DNA of 64,000 nt, taken from assembly GCA_038874655.1 (NCBI GenBank), contig JAVZBY010000003.1, positions 9,808 to 73,807 on the forward strand. Reading direction: 5' to 3'. Within the stretch, counting starts at the first letter, position 1. Each line of letters begins with the position of its first letter. The notes beneath the pieces are model-generated. The model did no database searches. It saw only the letters and a list, made by a program, of their open reading frames with translations, and was not told where the DNA came from. Of this stretch, positions 41,106-52,077 are shown in pieces. The position numbers and the translations under genes are program-made. This DNA is from Candidatus Woesearchaeota archaeon. GTDB lineage: Archaea; Nanobdellota; Nanobdellia; Woesearchaeales; GW2011-AR15.

Positions 41106-42158
41106 TTATTTTTTCATTTCTATTGTTTGTGTTGGGTATGCAAAATCTATTTTATTTTTTTCAAATTCTTCTTTTATTTTAAAATTAATCTTATCTTTAA
41201 TTTCCCTAACTAATTTAGGTTGGTTTGTTTCAATAAAATACCTAACTTCTAAATCTAAACTATAAGCACCAAAATTAATAAAATTAACTTCGTAATTAAA
41301 TATCAACTTTTCTTTTGATAATATCTCTTGTATTATCTTTTTTGCTTTTTTCATTTTTTCATTGCTAGTGTTATAAACTAAGTTCAATGTCATAATAACA
41401 AGTTTTTGATTTAATCTTTTATGGTTTATAGTTGCTTTTTCTGTTATAAATTTATTAGGAATTGTGATAAATTCACCATTAGGTGTTTTTAATTTTGTAC
41501 TTCTCAAACCAATTTCTACTATTTCACCTTGGACATCACCTATCTGTATATATTCACCAACTTTAAAAGGCTTATCTATAATAATAGTTAATCCTCCAAA
41601 AAAATTACCTAATAAATCTTGTGCCGCTAATGCAAAGGCCAAACCACCAATTCCTAAACCAGCTAAAATACTTGTTACATGATATCCCATATTATCTAAA
41701 ATCATTATTATTGCTACTGCTGTTAATGATATTTTTACTATTTTTCTTATAAGTGGAAATAATAAATCATCCAAGTCTGTTTTAGTTTTTTCTGATAATG
41801 GCATTAAATAATTTACTATCAAAGCATCTATTAATCTAATTATAAGCCATGAAATTGCGGAAATTACTAAAATTTTAAAGATTCGATTAAATATATCATA
41901 TGCCTTTTCTGATAAGTTTAATTGATGATATGCAAAGAAAAACCCAGCAATAACTACTAAAAAAACAATCGGCTCCTCTATCATATCAATTATAATATCA
42001 TCTAATTTTGTTTTTGTTTTGGAAGTAAATTTTTTAATTATGTTAGTAGATATATAATACAATATTCTTCCAACTAAAAATGCTATTGCTATATATGCAA
42101 AAAATAATAAATATTGTTTTATAGTATTTCCAAAATATAAAGTGTCTAAAAAACTCAT
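41106..42158 (-). CDS. mscS: Small-conductance mechanosensitive channel
   Basis: LAGLGIGGLAFALAAQDLLGNFFGG, DKPFKVG, IGLRSTK, IPN, IDFAYPTQ. Confidence 0.93.
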   Translation of the reverse strand: MSFLDTLYFGNTIKQYLLFFAYIAIAFLVGRILYYISTNIIKKFTSKTKTKLDDIIIDMIEEPIVFLVVIAGFFFAYHQLNLSEKAYDIFNRIFKILVISAISWLIIRLIDALIVNYLMPLSEKTKTDLDDLLFPLIRKIVKISLTAVAIIMILDNMGYHVTSILAGLGIGGLAFALAAQDLLGNFFGGLTIIIDKPFKVGEYIQIGDVQGEIVEIGLRSTKLKTPNGEFITIPNKFITEKATINHKRLNQKLVIMTLNLVYNTSNEKMKKAKKIIQEILSKEKLIFNYEVNFINFGAYSLDLEVRYFIETNQPKLVREIKDKINFKIKEEFEKNKIDFAYPTQTIEMKK

Positions 42159-42495
42159 CTTCTCACCTTTTAAAGATTTTTTAATTATCTATTTAAAACA
42201 TTAATTCATATTTAGTAGTTATCTAATTTTCTTATATATGTTTGTAAATAATGAATTAAAAAAATTATATTTAAATCTATCCAAAATGAAATTAAAAAAT
42301 TCAAAATTAAACTAAATCTTAAGAGAAAGATTATAAAAACATTAAATCTTAGTAAAATATTTAAATAATAACTTATTTAATTTAATATAATTAATTTACT
42401 TAGTTAAATAAGTTAACTTAACTAACTTATTAATTATTAAAATAAAAACAATAATTATTAAAATAAACATAAGATTGTTAAAAAAATAATAAAAA

Positions 42496-42627
42496 ATGAC
42501 AAACATAAACATTGAAATTCCTGATGAATTACATAAAAAATTAAAAATTCAATGTGCCATAGAAGAAAAAACATTGAAAGAATACATTGTCAATGTTTTA
42601 GAAGAAAAAGTAAAAAAATTAAAATAA
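42496..42627 (+). CDS. Ribbon-helix-helix DNA-binding protein (43 aa); not in the ORF track
   Basis: Hand translation MTNINIEIPDELHKKLKIQCAIEEKTLKEYIVNVLEEKVKKLK: alternating beta strand then two helices. Confidence 0.8.
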   Translation: MTNINIEIPDELHKKLKIQCAIEEKTLKEYIVNVLEEKVKKLK

Positions 42628-42656
42628 AATTTATAAAATTTCATAAATTAAAGAAA

Positions 42657-45600
42657 ATGAAAAAAAATTTAAATCATATAAAAAAATATTTAAACAATTT
42701 ATTTTTACAAAATTCTTATCATCTTAATTCTATGAAAAGCCATGCATTCAACCCCCGAAAAAAACGCATGGCTTTTATTTTTTTTATAATTAATCTATTA
42801 TTTCTAATTTTAATTTTAAATAATGTTTACTCGGTTGATTTTTCCCCTGTTGAATTATCTCCAAAAAACGCAACAACTCTTGATAATTTAATTTGCTCTT
42901 GGAACACAAGTTTAAATCCTAAAGTAAATGTTAGTTGGTATAATGGCTCTAATCTTTATAGTGTTGTAAAAGAAACAACAAGTATACAAATTTTAAATAA
43001 TTTCATTGCAAGAAAAGGTGAAACTTGGAATTGCACAGTTGTAGAGTGGAATGATGCTAATAATATTGGAAGTAGTTCAATAACAATTAGAAACGCACCT
43101 CCTTTTCAACCTAATGTGGTTAATGACACAATAGAAGAAGATTCAACCTATATAAGAGATATATCAACCACTGATCCAGATGGTGATGAAATAATTTCCT
43201 ATATATGTATTCCAAACACATTCACAATTAATAATGGAATTATCTCTTGGACACCAACATCAAGTAATGTTGAACCTGAGAAATCAAAATTATATAACTT
43301 TACATGTCTTACCTTAGATTCAGAAGGATTATCAAATTCAAAAAAATTTTCTCTCAATGTTACTGCAAGAAATGACCCTCCATTTTTTAACCCTAGTTTA
43401 GTAAATATTTCCAAATATGAAAATCAAAAAATACAATATATAATAACTGCAAGTGATGAAGAGAATCCAACAGGAAAGTTTAATTTAACATTTGACAATA
43501 AAATATGTCCTTATGATTCAAAAACAGCATATGAGTTAGTTAGAATTAACAATTACACTTTTATTTTTCAAGTAATAAATAATCAAACACTTCCTTATAG
43601 TTTAGTTGGAAACTGTTCTATAACTTTAAGTTTATATGACCCTATGGATACTAATATCTCTACTAATAGTTCTATTAACATTGAAGTTATTGCAATAAAT
43701 CATCCTCCAATAATAACCAATATTGAAAGCAAATCAAGAAATTATAGTCAAGGAGAATATTTTAATTTATCTATAAATGCAACTGACATTGATGAAAACG
43801 AATTAATAAATTTCTTTGTTATTACACCTACTTGTAGCTTCAACCCATGGAATATAACGATATTAAACAACAGTAGAAATGCTTCTGCATTATTAAAAGC
43901 AACTCCGTTAAATGAGAGCCATATAAAATGCAAGCAAATAAAAATAAGAGCAAGTGATACAAAAAATGCTTATTCTGAAGTTAATCTTACTTTAAATATT
44001 ACCAATGTAAATGATCCACCAATCATAAAAGAAATAAGCAATCATATTAATAATAGTTTTTCAAATATAAACTTAAGTAATTTAACTGCTTTTGCTTATG
44101 TTAAATTTAGATATTATATAAATGCTACTGATCCTGACATTGAATATGGAACAGATCCTAGTGATTCTTTAACATTTAATATAAATTCTTCATTATGTTT
44201 TGATTGTCCTTTTATAAGTATTAATTCAAATACAGGAGAAATAAATTTCACACCTAACTTAGATAATATTGGAAAAACTTATTCTTATAAAGTAAATGTC
44301 AGTGATAAATATGGTTTATTTGACGAAAAAATACTTAAAATAACCATTTTAAATAATAGTGTACCCTATTTTAATCAAACACCACCAGATATTTATGCAA
44401 AAGAAGATATTTTATATACCTTAAAAATTAATGCTACTGATAAAGAAGATATAAATGTCAGCTTTTTTCTAAACACAACTTTATTCAATATTACAAACAC
44501 AGGATTAATAAATTTCACACCAACATGCCAAGATGTAGGAAACTACTCTGTTTTAATTACAATAAGAGATACTTATGGCGCAGAAAACTCTAGTATCATG
44601 AGAGTATATATAAATATGAGTCCTGATTTACCTATAATAATACCAATACAAAACACTACATTATTTGAAAATGAAGCTTATTATTTAGAAATAATTGCTA
44701 GTGATGATGATTTATTATGTAGTCAAGATGATAATTTAATTTTCAGTTATAATTTTATAAATGGTTCTGAAAGTTCATTAAGTGATTTTATTTTTGAAAA
44801 TATAAACAATAGTGGAAATTATAAAGCCCTCTTATCATTCCAAACTATTTTAGGTAGTCAAGGAATTTATATAATCAATTTCAGTGTGGTTGACAATTAT
44901 AATTTAAAAAATTCATATTTATGGGAATTAACTGTAATAAACAGAACAAATCCTCCTGTAATTAATAACATAACACCTTATGGTAGTCCTTATACAAATT
45001 ATTCAAATGGTTGGAGACCCAGATCAAATTTTTTAGGTGATTACACAAATATAAATATTTCTGAAGGAATGACCATTATTTTTGATCACAATAGCACAGA
45101 TCTAGATAAAAACACTTTAAATTTTACATGGTTAAGAAATAATCAACAAATAGGTGATAAAAAAAACTTAAGTTTATTCTTTGATTATGAAAGTCATGGA
45201 AATTATAACATAACACTTATAGTTTCTGATATCGTAAATAATAGAATTGCTAACTCTGTTTCTTTTTCATGGAACATAAGTGTTAGAAATAATAACAGAC
45301 CTCCTATTTTAAATAATTCTCTTCCTAATATCACAGTAAATAAAACTATAAGTATTCCAAATTACTTTACTTGTAGAGATATTTTGCCGGGCTATATTTG
45401 TGATGAGCCAAGATTTTTTGACCCTGACAATGATAATTTAACATTTACACATTCAAATGCTACAAAAGTTTCTATTTCCATAAACAAAAATTCCATAAGC
45501 TTAACTGCATTGGAATTAGGCAATGAAACAATAACCTTTTATGCATCTGATGGAACTTACACAATTGAAAGCAACCCTGTTATTATAAATGTAATTAGTT

Positions 45601-46379
45601 TGCCAGAACAAAATCAACAAGTCAGTCAATCTACATCGACAAGAACCTCACAAAGCACTAATTATGTGCCTTATTCTGTTTTACAAGAAGTGGAAAAAGA
45701 AAAAGAGATTTATTTAGATATTATTGTTCCAGAGCAATTAACAATTTATCAAAATGAAACAATAAGACAAGTAATTAACATAAAAAATGAAGGCAACACC
45801 ACTTTAAGAGGTATTATATTATCTGCATCCACAAATTCGAGCTCTGCTGATTTAAGCTTTTCTAATTCATTTATCTCAGAATTAAAACCAAATGAAATTG
45901 TAAAAACAGATTTAATCATAAAAGATTACAAATTAAAAAACAATTATGAGATAATAATATGGGCTAATGTCACAGAACCTAATTACAGAGATAAAGCAAT
46001 TATTTATGTTAATGCAATAGAAAAAACTAGAGGAAATCAAAGTATAACTGCAACAAAAATAACATTTGCACAAGATTTATTATCAAGTAATCCTGAATGC
46101 ATAGAATTAAATGAATATTTAAAGAAATCACTTAATTATATGGAAGCAAAAAATTATGAAGAAGCTGAGAAAATTATTGATTCTGTAATCCAAGGCTGTA
46201 AATACTTAGTAAGTCAAAGTAAATTAAAAGAAGAAAGTCCAAAAGGGTTGTTATTAAATTTAAAAATAACCAATCCCTATATAAGAGGTGCTATAATTTT
46301 AACAATTTTAGCAATAATAACTATTGTAGCTATGACAATTAAATTAAAAAAATCAAATAACGAAGAAAACAATCTATAA
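42657..46379 (+). CDS. Large surface glycoprotein with tandem Ig/cadherin-like repeats and C-terminal TM anchor (start uncertain: 42657, 42732 or 42768)
   Basis: Signal-like FIFFIINLLFLILILNNVYS; repeated N(D/H/R)PP...AxDxD...ISWTP/INFTP units; many NxS/T sequons; C-terminal TM. Confidence 0.82.
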   Translation: MKKNLNHIKKYLNNLFLQNSYHLNSMKSHAFNPRKKRMAFIFFIINLLFLILILNNVYSVDFSPVELSPKNATTLDNLICSWNTSLNPKVNVSWYNGSNLYSVVKETTSIQILNNFIARKGETWNCTVVEWNDANNIGSSSITIRNAPPFQPNVVNDTIEEDSTYIRDISTTDPDGDEIISYICIPNTFTINNGIISWTPTSSNVEPEKSKLYNFTCLTLDSEGLSNSKKFSLNVTARNDPPFFNPSLVNISKYENQKIQYIITASDEENPTGKFNLTFDNKICPYDSKTAYELVRINNYTFIFQVINNQTLPYSLVGNCSITLSLYDPMDTNISTNSSINIEVIAINHPPIITNIESKSRNYSQGEYFNLSINATDIDENELINFFVITPTCSFNPWNITILNNSRNASALLKATPLNESHIKCKQIKIRASDTKNAYSEVNLTLNITNVNDPPIIKEISNHINNSFSNINLSNLTAFAYVKFRYYINATDPDIEYGTDPSDSLTFNINSSLCFDCPFISINSNTGEINFTPNLDNIGKTYSYKVNVSDKYGLFDEKILKITILNNSVPYFNQTPPDIYAKEDILYTLKINATDKEDINVSFFLNTTLFNITNTGLINFTPTCQDVGNYSVLITIRDTYGAENSSIMRVYINMSPDLPIIIPIQNTTLFENEAYYLEIIASDDDLLCSQDDNLIFSYNFINGSESSLSDFIFENINNSGNYKALLSFQTILGSQGIYIINFSVVDNYNLKNSYLWELTVINRTNPPVINNITPYGSPYTNYSNGWRPRSNFLGDYTNINISEGMTIIFDHNSTDLDKNTLNFTWLRNNQQIGDKKNLSLFFDYESHGNYNITLIVSDIVNNRIANSVSFSWNISVRNNNRPPILNNSLPNITVNKTISIPNYFTCRDILPGYICDEPRFFDPDNDNLTFTHSNATKVSISINKNSISLTALELGNETITFYASDGTYTIESNPVIINVISLPEQNQQVSQSTSTRTSQSTNYVPYSVLQEVEKEKEIYLDIIVPEQLTIYQNETIRQVINIKNEGNTTLRGIILSASTNSSSADLSFSNSFISELKPNEIVKTDLIIKDYKLKNNYEIIIWANVTEPNYRDKAIIYVNAIEKTRGNQSITATKITFAQDLLSSNPECIELNEYLKKSLNYMEAKNYEEAEKIIDSVIQGCKYLVSQSKLKEESPKGLLLNLKITNPYIRGAIILTILAIITIVAMTIKLKKSNNEENNL

Positions 46380-46391
46380 AGATATAAACAA

Positions 46392-47471
46392 TTAATTTAA
46401 ATTTAAAACAACAATTTTTCTAGTCAATGATTTATGTACATAATAACTAAATTCTCTTTTTATTTTAAGATTTAATTTTCTTATAATTTTTTTATAATTA
46501 ATAAAATGTGGAAAAATTAAAACCATATTTATACCTTTTTTAAAACTAGTTTTCATAATATCTTTTGAATTAATTAAAAATTGTTCATATAAATTTTCTA
46601 AATCTTTTCCATATGAACCTTTTCCATAAGGCAAATCACTAACTATTGCAAAATCCATTTTTGTTGAAAAAAGTTTATTATCAAATAGCAAATTCAAAGT
46701 AATTTTTCTTTCGTCTAAATTCAATAATTTATAATTTTTTATTTTATAGAAATCTAGATTGATTTTTGCATAATCCAATTGTTTTTTTATTATATCTATG
46801 CCCATAACATTAAAGCCAATTAACCCCGCTTCTATTAAAATTCCACCTGAACCACAAAAAGGATCAAAGATTAAACCTTTTTTCAATCCTGTTAAATTAA
46901 TACACGCTCTTGCCAAATCAGGGCTTAATGATGTTGGATGAAACCCAGGTCTAAGATGTGCTTTTCTATTAAGATATGTTTTGTCTACCTCTTTTAAGAA
47001 TAATCCTGCTATTATAAAATCATCTTTTTCAAAAAACTCTATTTTTGTAAATGGTTTTTTTAGATTAACACATGGTTTTTTTTTAAAAGAACTTTTTAAA
47101 TTTTCATAAATCAAATCAGCTACATATTTTTCTTGAAAAAAATTTCCATGATACCTAACACAAAAACTTTTTTTATATAGTTTATACCAATCATAATTCC
47201 TAACTTTTTTAAAAAAATTATTTTTAGTTGCCTTAAAAATAAAATTATAAATTGAATGTGTAAAACCTAACCTTTTTGAATAAAAATCAACTATTTTTGA
47301 AGAAATATGTGATGAGAATGTAATACCTTTATATTCACAAAGCAAAATATCATCAAATAAAAAATATCTATTTGGTTTTATTAAAGAAATAACTTCCTCT
47401 TTAGCAATTTCCAGGTAGGGTTTTTTCAAATGAAAAATCAAATTTAATTTATTTACCATTTTATAAAGCAT
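46392..47471 (-). CDS. trm11: tRNA (guanine10-N2)-methyltransferase Trm11/TrmG10-like
   Basis: THUMP-like region, HPTSLSPDLARACINL, DPFCGSGGILIEA, SDLPYG, VHKSLTR. Confidence 0.85.
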   Translation of the reverse strand: MLYKMVNKLNLIFHLKKPYLEIAKEEVISLIKPNRYFLFDDILLCEYKGITFSSHISSKIVDFYSKRLGFTHSIYNFIFKATKNNFFKKVRNYDWYKLYKKSFCVRYHGNFFQEKYVADLIYENLKSSFKKKPCVNLKKPFTKIEFFEKDDFIIAGLFLKEVDKTYLNRKAHLRPGFHPTSLSPDLARACINLTGLKKGLIFDPFCGSGGILIEAGLIGFNVMGIDIIKKQLDYAKINLDFYKIKNYKLLNLDERKITLNLLFDNKLFSTKMDFAIVSDLPYGKGSYGKDLENLYEQFLINSKDIMKTSFKKGINMVLIFPHFINYKKIIRKLNLKIKREFSYYVHKSLTRKIVVLNLN

Positions 47472-47568
47472 TAAAAAATTACATAATAATAGATATTTTA
47501 GTATTATAGATATTTTATTATATTCAATATGGAAAAATATATAAATTTATTTACTACAATAAACAATT

Positions 47569-47895
47569 ATGAGAGGTAGACCTTCTTATTCTAAGATAAG
47601 AGAAAACATATCTGAGATTCTATTTTATATGGAAAAAGCTCATGGCTATGATATTTATAAAATCTATTGTGAAATCTTTCCCAAAGTAACACAAAGGTCT
47701 ATATATTATAATTTAAAAAAAGGTTATGAACTTAATGAATTTGAAATTGAGGTTAAAAAAGAGGAAGGTAATTACTCATGGGGCAACCTTGCTGAAAAAG
47801 TTTATTACAAATTAGGAAAAAACGCTAAAGTTAGTCATAATGAATTAGTTGCCGATTATTTTTTTAAAAAAAATAAGGAATCTAATAAAACATAA
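47569..47895 (+). CDS. Winged-helix (PadR-like) protein
   Basis: HGYDIYK...RSIYYNLKKG...KVYYKLG pattern. Confidence 0.6.
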   Translation: MRGRPSYSKIRENISEILFYMEKAHGYDIYKIYCEIFPKVTQRSIYYNLKKGYELNEFEIEVKKEEGNYSWGNLAEKVYYKLGKNAKVSHNELVADYFFKKNKESNKT

Positions 47896-47934
47896 TTTAA
47901 TATATCTAATTAGATTAAGATGTAATTATACAAA

Positions 47935-48603
47935 ATGGTAGAACAACAAATCATAGAATATATCAAATCATTAAAAGAAAAAGGTATTGATGATGAAACA
48001 ATAAAAAATCATCTATTAAAATACAATTATAGCCCTGATCTAATAAAAGAATGCTTTGATGAACTAAATAAACAATCCTTAAATATTGTTCTTCCTTCAA
48101 TTACAAATAACAACAATTTAACAAACAACAACAATTTGAATAACCAAAACATAAAAATTGAGAATAAAGAAAATAAAAAAAATAAAACTAATAAAAATTT
48201 ATTAAGCCCTGTCCTAATTATTTTGGTTTTAATTACTTTAATAAGTGGAATATTTTTATTTAAAGATTTAATTTTAAACTTATTTGAAAATCCTAATTGC
48301 AAAGATGCTTCCATAAAAATATTTGAATCAAATAATAATGAAATTTTATGTTCATTTCCAGATAACTCTAAAGTTCAAATGATACTAGAAAATAATGGAA
48401 ATAAAAAAATTGAAAAAATAGATATATTCTTAAACAACAACAAAGTTGATACATCAATTATAAATTTAATGCCTGATCAAGTTTTAACAAAAGTAATTGA
48501 TAATAACCTAAAACAAGATATAAATGGAATAAAAATAATTCCTTATTTAGAGAACAATATAAGATGTAAGGAACTCATAAAGAAAAACATTAAAAAATGC
48601 TAA
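47935..48603 (+). CDS. Single-pass membrane protein with small N-terminal helical domain
   Basis: YIKSLKEKGIDDETIKNHLLKYNY domain, Asn-rich linker, TM, Cys-containing outer domain. Confidence 0.62.
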   Translation: MVEQQIIEYIKSLKEKGIDDETIKNHLLKYNYSPDLIKECFDELNKQSLNIVLPSITNNNNLTNNNNLNNQNIKIENKENKKNKTNKNLLSPVLIILVLITLISGIFLFKDLILNLFENPNCKDASIKIFESNNNEILCSFPDNSKVQMILENNGNKKIEKIDIFLNNNKVDTSIINLMPDQVLTKVIDNNLKQDINGIKIIPYLENNIRCKELIKKNIKKC

Positions 48604-48657
48604 ACTTATTTTATATGTTTTTTATTTTTTATATCTTTTTTATATCCCTTTATTTTT

Positions 48658-49386
48658 TTATCTATTATTAATTAATTTTTTATTTAACTTTCTTAAAAAA
48701 CCTATAACTGCAAAAGCTTCTCTTTTTGTAATCATTGATTTTTCAAAAATATTTTTCCAAACCTTTTTTTGTGTTTCTTTTTTTTCTTTTGTTGAAAAAT
48801 CTATTATATCTAAAATTTTGTATAAATTATCGTATATAATCTCTTTTTCTTTTCTAGTTGCTAATTTTAAATGACTTGTTATTTTATTCTCCCCAATTTT
48901 TTTATAAATTTCGTAAAGGATTATGGCAACAGCATGACTTAAATTCATGGAAGGATATTTTTTTGATGTTTCTATAGTAATTACAAAATCACAAATCTCT
49001 AATTCATTATTTGTTAAACCAATTCCTTCATTTCCAAATACAATCGCAATATTATTTTTTTTTGTATCATAAGACCTTAATTTTTTAGAAAAAAAATCAC
49101 TTGATAATGGTATTCTTTTAATATTGTAGTCTGTTCCTAAAACAGAGGTTGTTCCTATAATTAAATCAAAATCATTTCTTAATTTAAAGTAATCCTCATA
49201 ATTTATTTTTTTTGCTTTTTTTAAAATCTCTTTTGCATGCATGCTTTTTTTTAATGCATCATTATCTAAGAAATCACATAAAGGTTCAACTATGATTAAA
49301 TTATCAAGATCAAAATTAGCCATTATCCTAGCTATAAAACCAATATTTCCTGATGTTTCTGGTTTTACTAAAATAACAGATATCAC
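48658..49386 (-). CDS. trmJ: SPOUT tRNA methyltransferase, TrmJ-like
   Basis: VILVKPETSGNIGFIARIMANF, IVFGNEGIGLTNNEL, YPSMNLSHAV. Confidence 0.88.
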   Translation of the reverse strand: MISVILVKPETSGNIGFIARIMANFDLDNLIIVEPLCDFLDNDALKKSMHAKEILKKAKKINYEDYFKLRNDFDLIIGTTSVLGTDYNIKRIPLSSDFFSKKLRSYDTKKNNIAIVFGNEGIGLTNNELEICDFVITIETSKKYPSMNLSHAVAIILYEIYKKIGENKITSHLKLATRKEKEIIYDNLYKILDIIDFSTKEKKETQKKVWKNIFEKSMITKREAFAVIGFLRKLNKKLINNR

Positions 49387-49463
49387 ATTAAAGAAAAAAA
49401 CAAATTATAATAAAAATCTTTTTGATAAAACTAATAGAAAATTTAAAAAAATAAAGAAATTTT

Positions 49464-50126
49464 TTAAATCTCCATAATCTTTACTTGGCAAAAAGTACAT
49501 AATTTTTTAAATTTCTCAGCATCACTAACTTCACCAACTATTTTTCCATAATGCATTGGTATTGCAACTTTAGGCATTATTTTTCTAGCTGCTTCAACTG
49601 CCTCATTCACATTCATTACATAAGTTCCTGAAACAGGTAAAAAAGCAACATCGCATGAAATTTCAGACATCTCTGGGATAAAATCACTATCTCCTGTATG
49701 ATAAAATTTTATTCCATTTATAGTAAAAATAAAACCTAACCATTCATTTTGTCTAGGATGAAAGGGCTTATTTATATTATAAGAAGGAACAGCTTCTATA
49801 ATAACATCTTTATAACTTAGTTTATCGTTTGGTTTCATTTTATTAAAATTTGCTTTTATAGTTTTTAATTTATCTGGCACATCATAAGGACAAAATATTT
49901 GTGTTTTCTCGGAAATTATTTTTTTTAAATCTTTTTCTGAACAATGATCATAATGACTATGTGTTATTAAAACAATATCAGATTTATCTCTTAATTTTTC
50001 ATCCTTAGCTTCAAAAGGATCAATATACAAAAACAAACCATTATAATAAAATTTAAACCCATCATGTCCAAGCCATTCAACCTTCACATTATTGAAATCC
50101 AATATTTCCGCCATTTTTTCACCCAA
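49464..50126 (-). CDS. Metallo-beta-lactamase fold hydrolase
   Basis: WLGH, IDP, THSHYDH, YHTGDS, IPMHYG. Confidence 0.9.
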   Translation of the reverse strand: MGEKMAEILDFNNVKVEWLGHDGFKFYYNGLFLYIDPFEAKDEKLRDKSDIVLITHSHYDHCSEKDLKKIISEKTQIFCPYDVPDKLKTIKANFNKMKPNDKLSYKDVIIEAVPSYNINKPFHPRQNEWLGFIFTINGIKFYHTGDSDFIPEMSEISCDVAFLPVSGTYVMNVNEAVEAARKIMPKVAIPMHYGKIVGEVSDAEKFKKLCTFCQVKIMEI

Positions 50127-50220
50127 GTTATTAAAAATATAAAAGATTCATTTAAAAAATTAAAGCATAATAAAAACATAATTTATAAAACATACTAAAA
50201 TTATTTTTTAATTTACATAT

Positions 50221-50901
50221 CTAATTCATAATTAATTTTCTCAATTCTTTAATTTCTTTTTTTTTATCTCTTGAATTAAATATAGCACTACCTATTACAA
50301 AAATATTAGAGCCAGCTTCTTTTGCTAATTTTATTGTATCTTTATTAATACCTCCATCTATCTCTATATCTTTTTGAAATGTTAACTTTTCCCTTAATAA
50401 TTTTACTTTATCTAATACATTAGGAATAAATTTTTGCCCACCAAAACCTGCATAAACACTCATTATTAAAACATAATCTATTTCATCTAACACATACTTT
50501 ATTAAATCAATCTTTTTATCAGGATTTAAAGCTAAACCAACTTTTACATCTAATTTTTTTATTTTTTGAATAGCTTCTTTTAATTTTTTAATTTCTTTTT
50601 TTGTATTATTCTTGTTAAATAACTCAGGATGAAAACTTATCATTGAAATATTATTACAATTTTCTTTAAATACAGGTGCATACTTTAATGGATCTTCTAT
50701 CATAAAATGAACATCTAAACTTAATCTTGTTTTTATCCATTTAATAACTTCATAACCAAAGCTAATATTTGGAACTAAATGACCATCCATTACATCTATA
50801 TGTAATAAATCTGAGTAGGTTTCAATTTCTTTTATTTCATTATTTAAACTTCCAAAATTAGCTGACAAAATAGATGGTGCAATTTTATAATTTATTTTCA
50901 T
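50221..50901 (-). CDS. rpe: Ribulose-phosphate 3-epimerase
   Basis: IAPSILSA, HIDVMDGHLVPN, DVH, MSV.AGFGGQKF, IDGGIN. Confidence 0.95.
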   Translation of the reverse strand: MKINYKIAPSILSANFGSLNNEIKEIETYSDLLHIDVMDGHLVPNISFGYEVIKWIKTRLSLDVHFMIEDPLKYAPVFKENCNNISMISFHPELFNKNNTKKEIKKLKEAIQKIKKLDVKVGLALNPDKKIDLIKYVLDEIDYVLIMSVYAGFGGQKFIPNVLDKVKLLREKLTFQKDIEIDGGINKDTIKLAKEAGSNIFVIGSAIFNSRDKKKEIKELRKLIMN

Positions 50902-50963
50902 TTTAAGTTAAGTATAATTAAATTTTTCATAAATTTTTATTTATAAACTTAATTATTGTATCC

Positions 50964-51440
50964 TCATTTATATAAAATTTCTTCTAGTTCTTTAATTTTT
51001 TTTAATCTTCTTTTATGTCTTTCTTCATTACTAAATTCTGTATTAAGCCAAGCTAAAATAATTCTTTTTGCTAATTTCTCATTAACCCAATCCCCTGAAA
51101 TTCCAATAACATTAGTATCATTATGCAACCTAGAATGCTTTGCTGACTTAACATCAAAAACAGAAACTGCTCTTACATTCTTAAATTTATTAGCTGCTAT
51201 TATCATTCCTGCTGAGCTTCTACAAAATAAAATTCCTTTTGCCCTATCTTTCCATTTTTTTGAATCATCATCTTCTTTTGAAACCATCTCTGCCACTAAA
51301 AAAGCGTAATCAGGATAATCGTCATCTTTATCATATACTTTATTCCCTAAATCAACAAACAAGTATCCTTTTTTTTCTAAAAACTTTTTTATTTTTTCTT
51401 TTAATCTAAAACCACCATGATCACTTCCTAAATATATCAT
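50964..51440 (-). CDS. rpiB: Ribose-5-phosphate isomerase B family
   Basis: GSDHGG, DYPD, AANK, RLHNDTNV, RHKRRL. Confidence 0.9.
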   Translation of the reverse strand: MIYLGSDHGGFRLKEKIKKFLEKKGYLFVDLGNKVYDKDDDYPDYAFLVAEMVSKEDDDSKKWKDRAKGILFCRSSAGMIIAANKFKNVRAVSVFDVKSAKHSRLHNDTNVIGISGDWVNEKLAKRIILAWLNTEFSNEERHKRRLKKIKELEEILYK

Positions 51441-51562
51441 ATAAAGTTATAATTAGTACTCTTTTTTATAAGTTTCTTTTTTATAAAAAAGTAATAAAAA
51501 GAGAAAAATGCCTACCTCTAAAAAATAAAATTAGATAAAAAAGTAGAAACTCTAAAAAAATA

Positions 51563-51982
51563 TTAAACCTTTTTAAAAACAACTGTTGTTATTCCATTAT
51601 ATTTTCCTAAGCTATAATTACCTACATTACAATAAAATATTACTGATTTTGTTTCATTAGATTTTAAAATAAAATCATTGTCTGAAACAGTTATCATAGG
51701 ACTTATATTTCCATCAACTTTAATAGATACATAAACATCTTTATTATAATTATTTTGTAATGTTATTGCTCTTTTTCCTACATTTCCACTAGATATTTTA
51801 TCAAAATACAACCCATCAGTGTTTAAATTTATACCTACAATAGCTTTATCAACTACTTCAACACTTAAAGGCAATTTTTTAACTTCAACTAAAACATTAA
51901 AATTATAATAAAGTAAATACGCAGATATAGCTAACAAAAAGATTATTAAAAAAGACATAAAAAAAATATAAATTTTTTTCAT
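51563..51982 (-). CDS. Small secreted beta-sandwich protein; candidate minor fibre subunit
   Basis: N-terminal TM; LYFD...ITLQN...GKYNGITTVVF parallels IDFG...IENN...GTYENSTIEF of its neighbours. Confidence 0.6.
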   Translation of the reverse strand: MKKIYIFFMSFLIIFLLAISAYLLYYNFNVLVEVKKLPLSVEVVDKAIVGINLNTDGLYFDKISSGNVGKRAITLQNNYNKDVYVSIKVDGNISPMITVSDNDFILKSNETKSVIFYCNVGNYSLGKYNGITTVVFKKV

Positions 51983-52077
51983 AAATATAGAAAAAATAAG
52001 CTAGTTTTTAACCCTTTCTATTAAATTACAATAGATTAAAAATAAAAAAATAAATATCTCAAAGAAATTAAAAAGAA

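Noticed and set aside
42552-42656. Cys/Arg-rich N-terminus of the 1275-aa ORF
   Set aside because: Largely an alternative frame of the RHH gene; the true start is downstream
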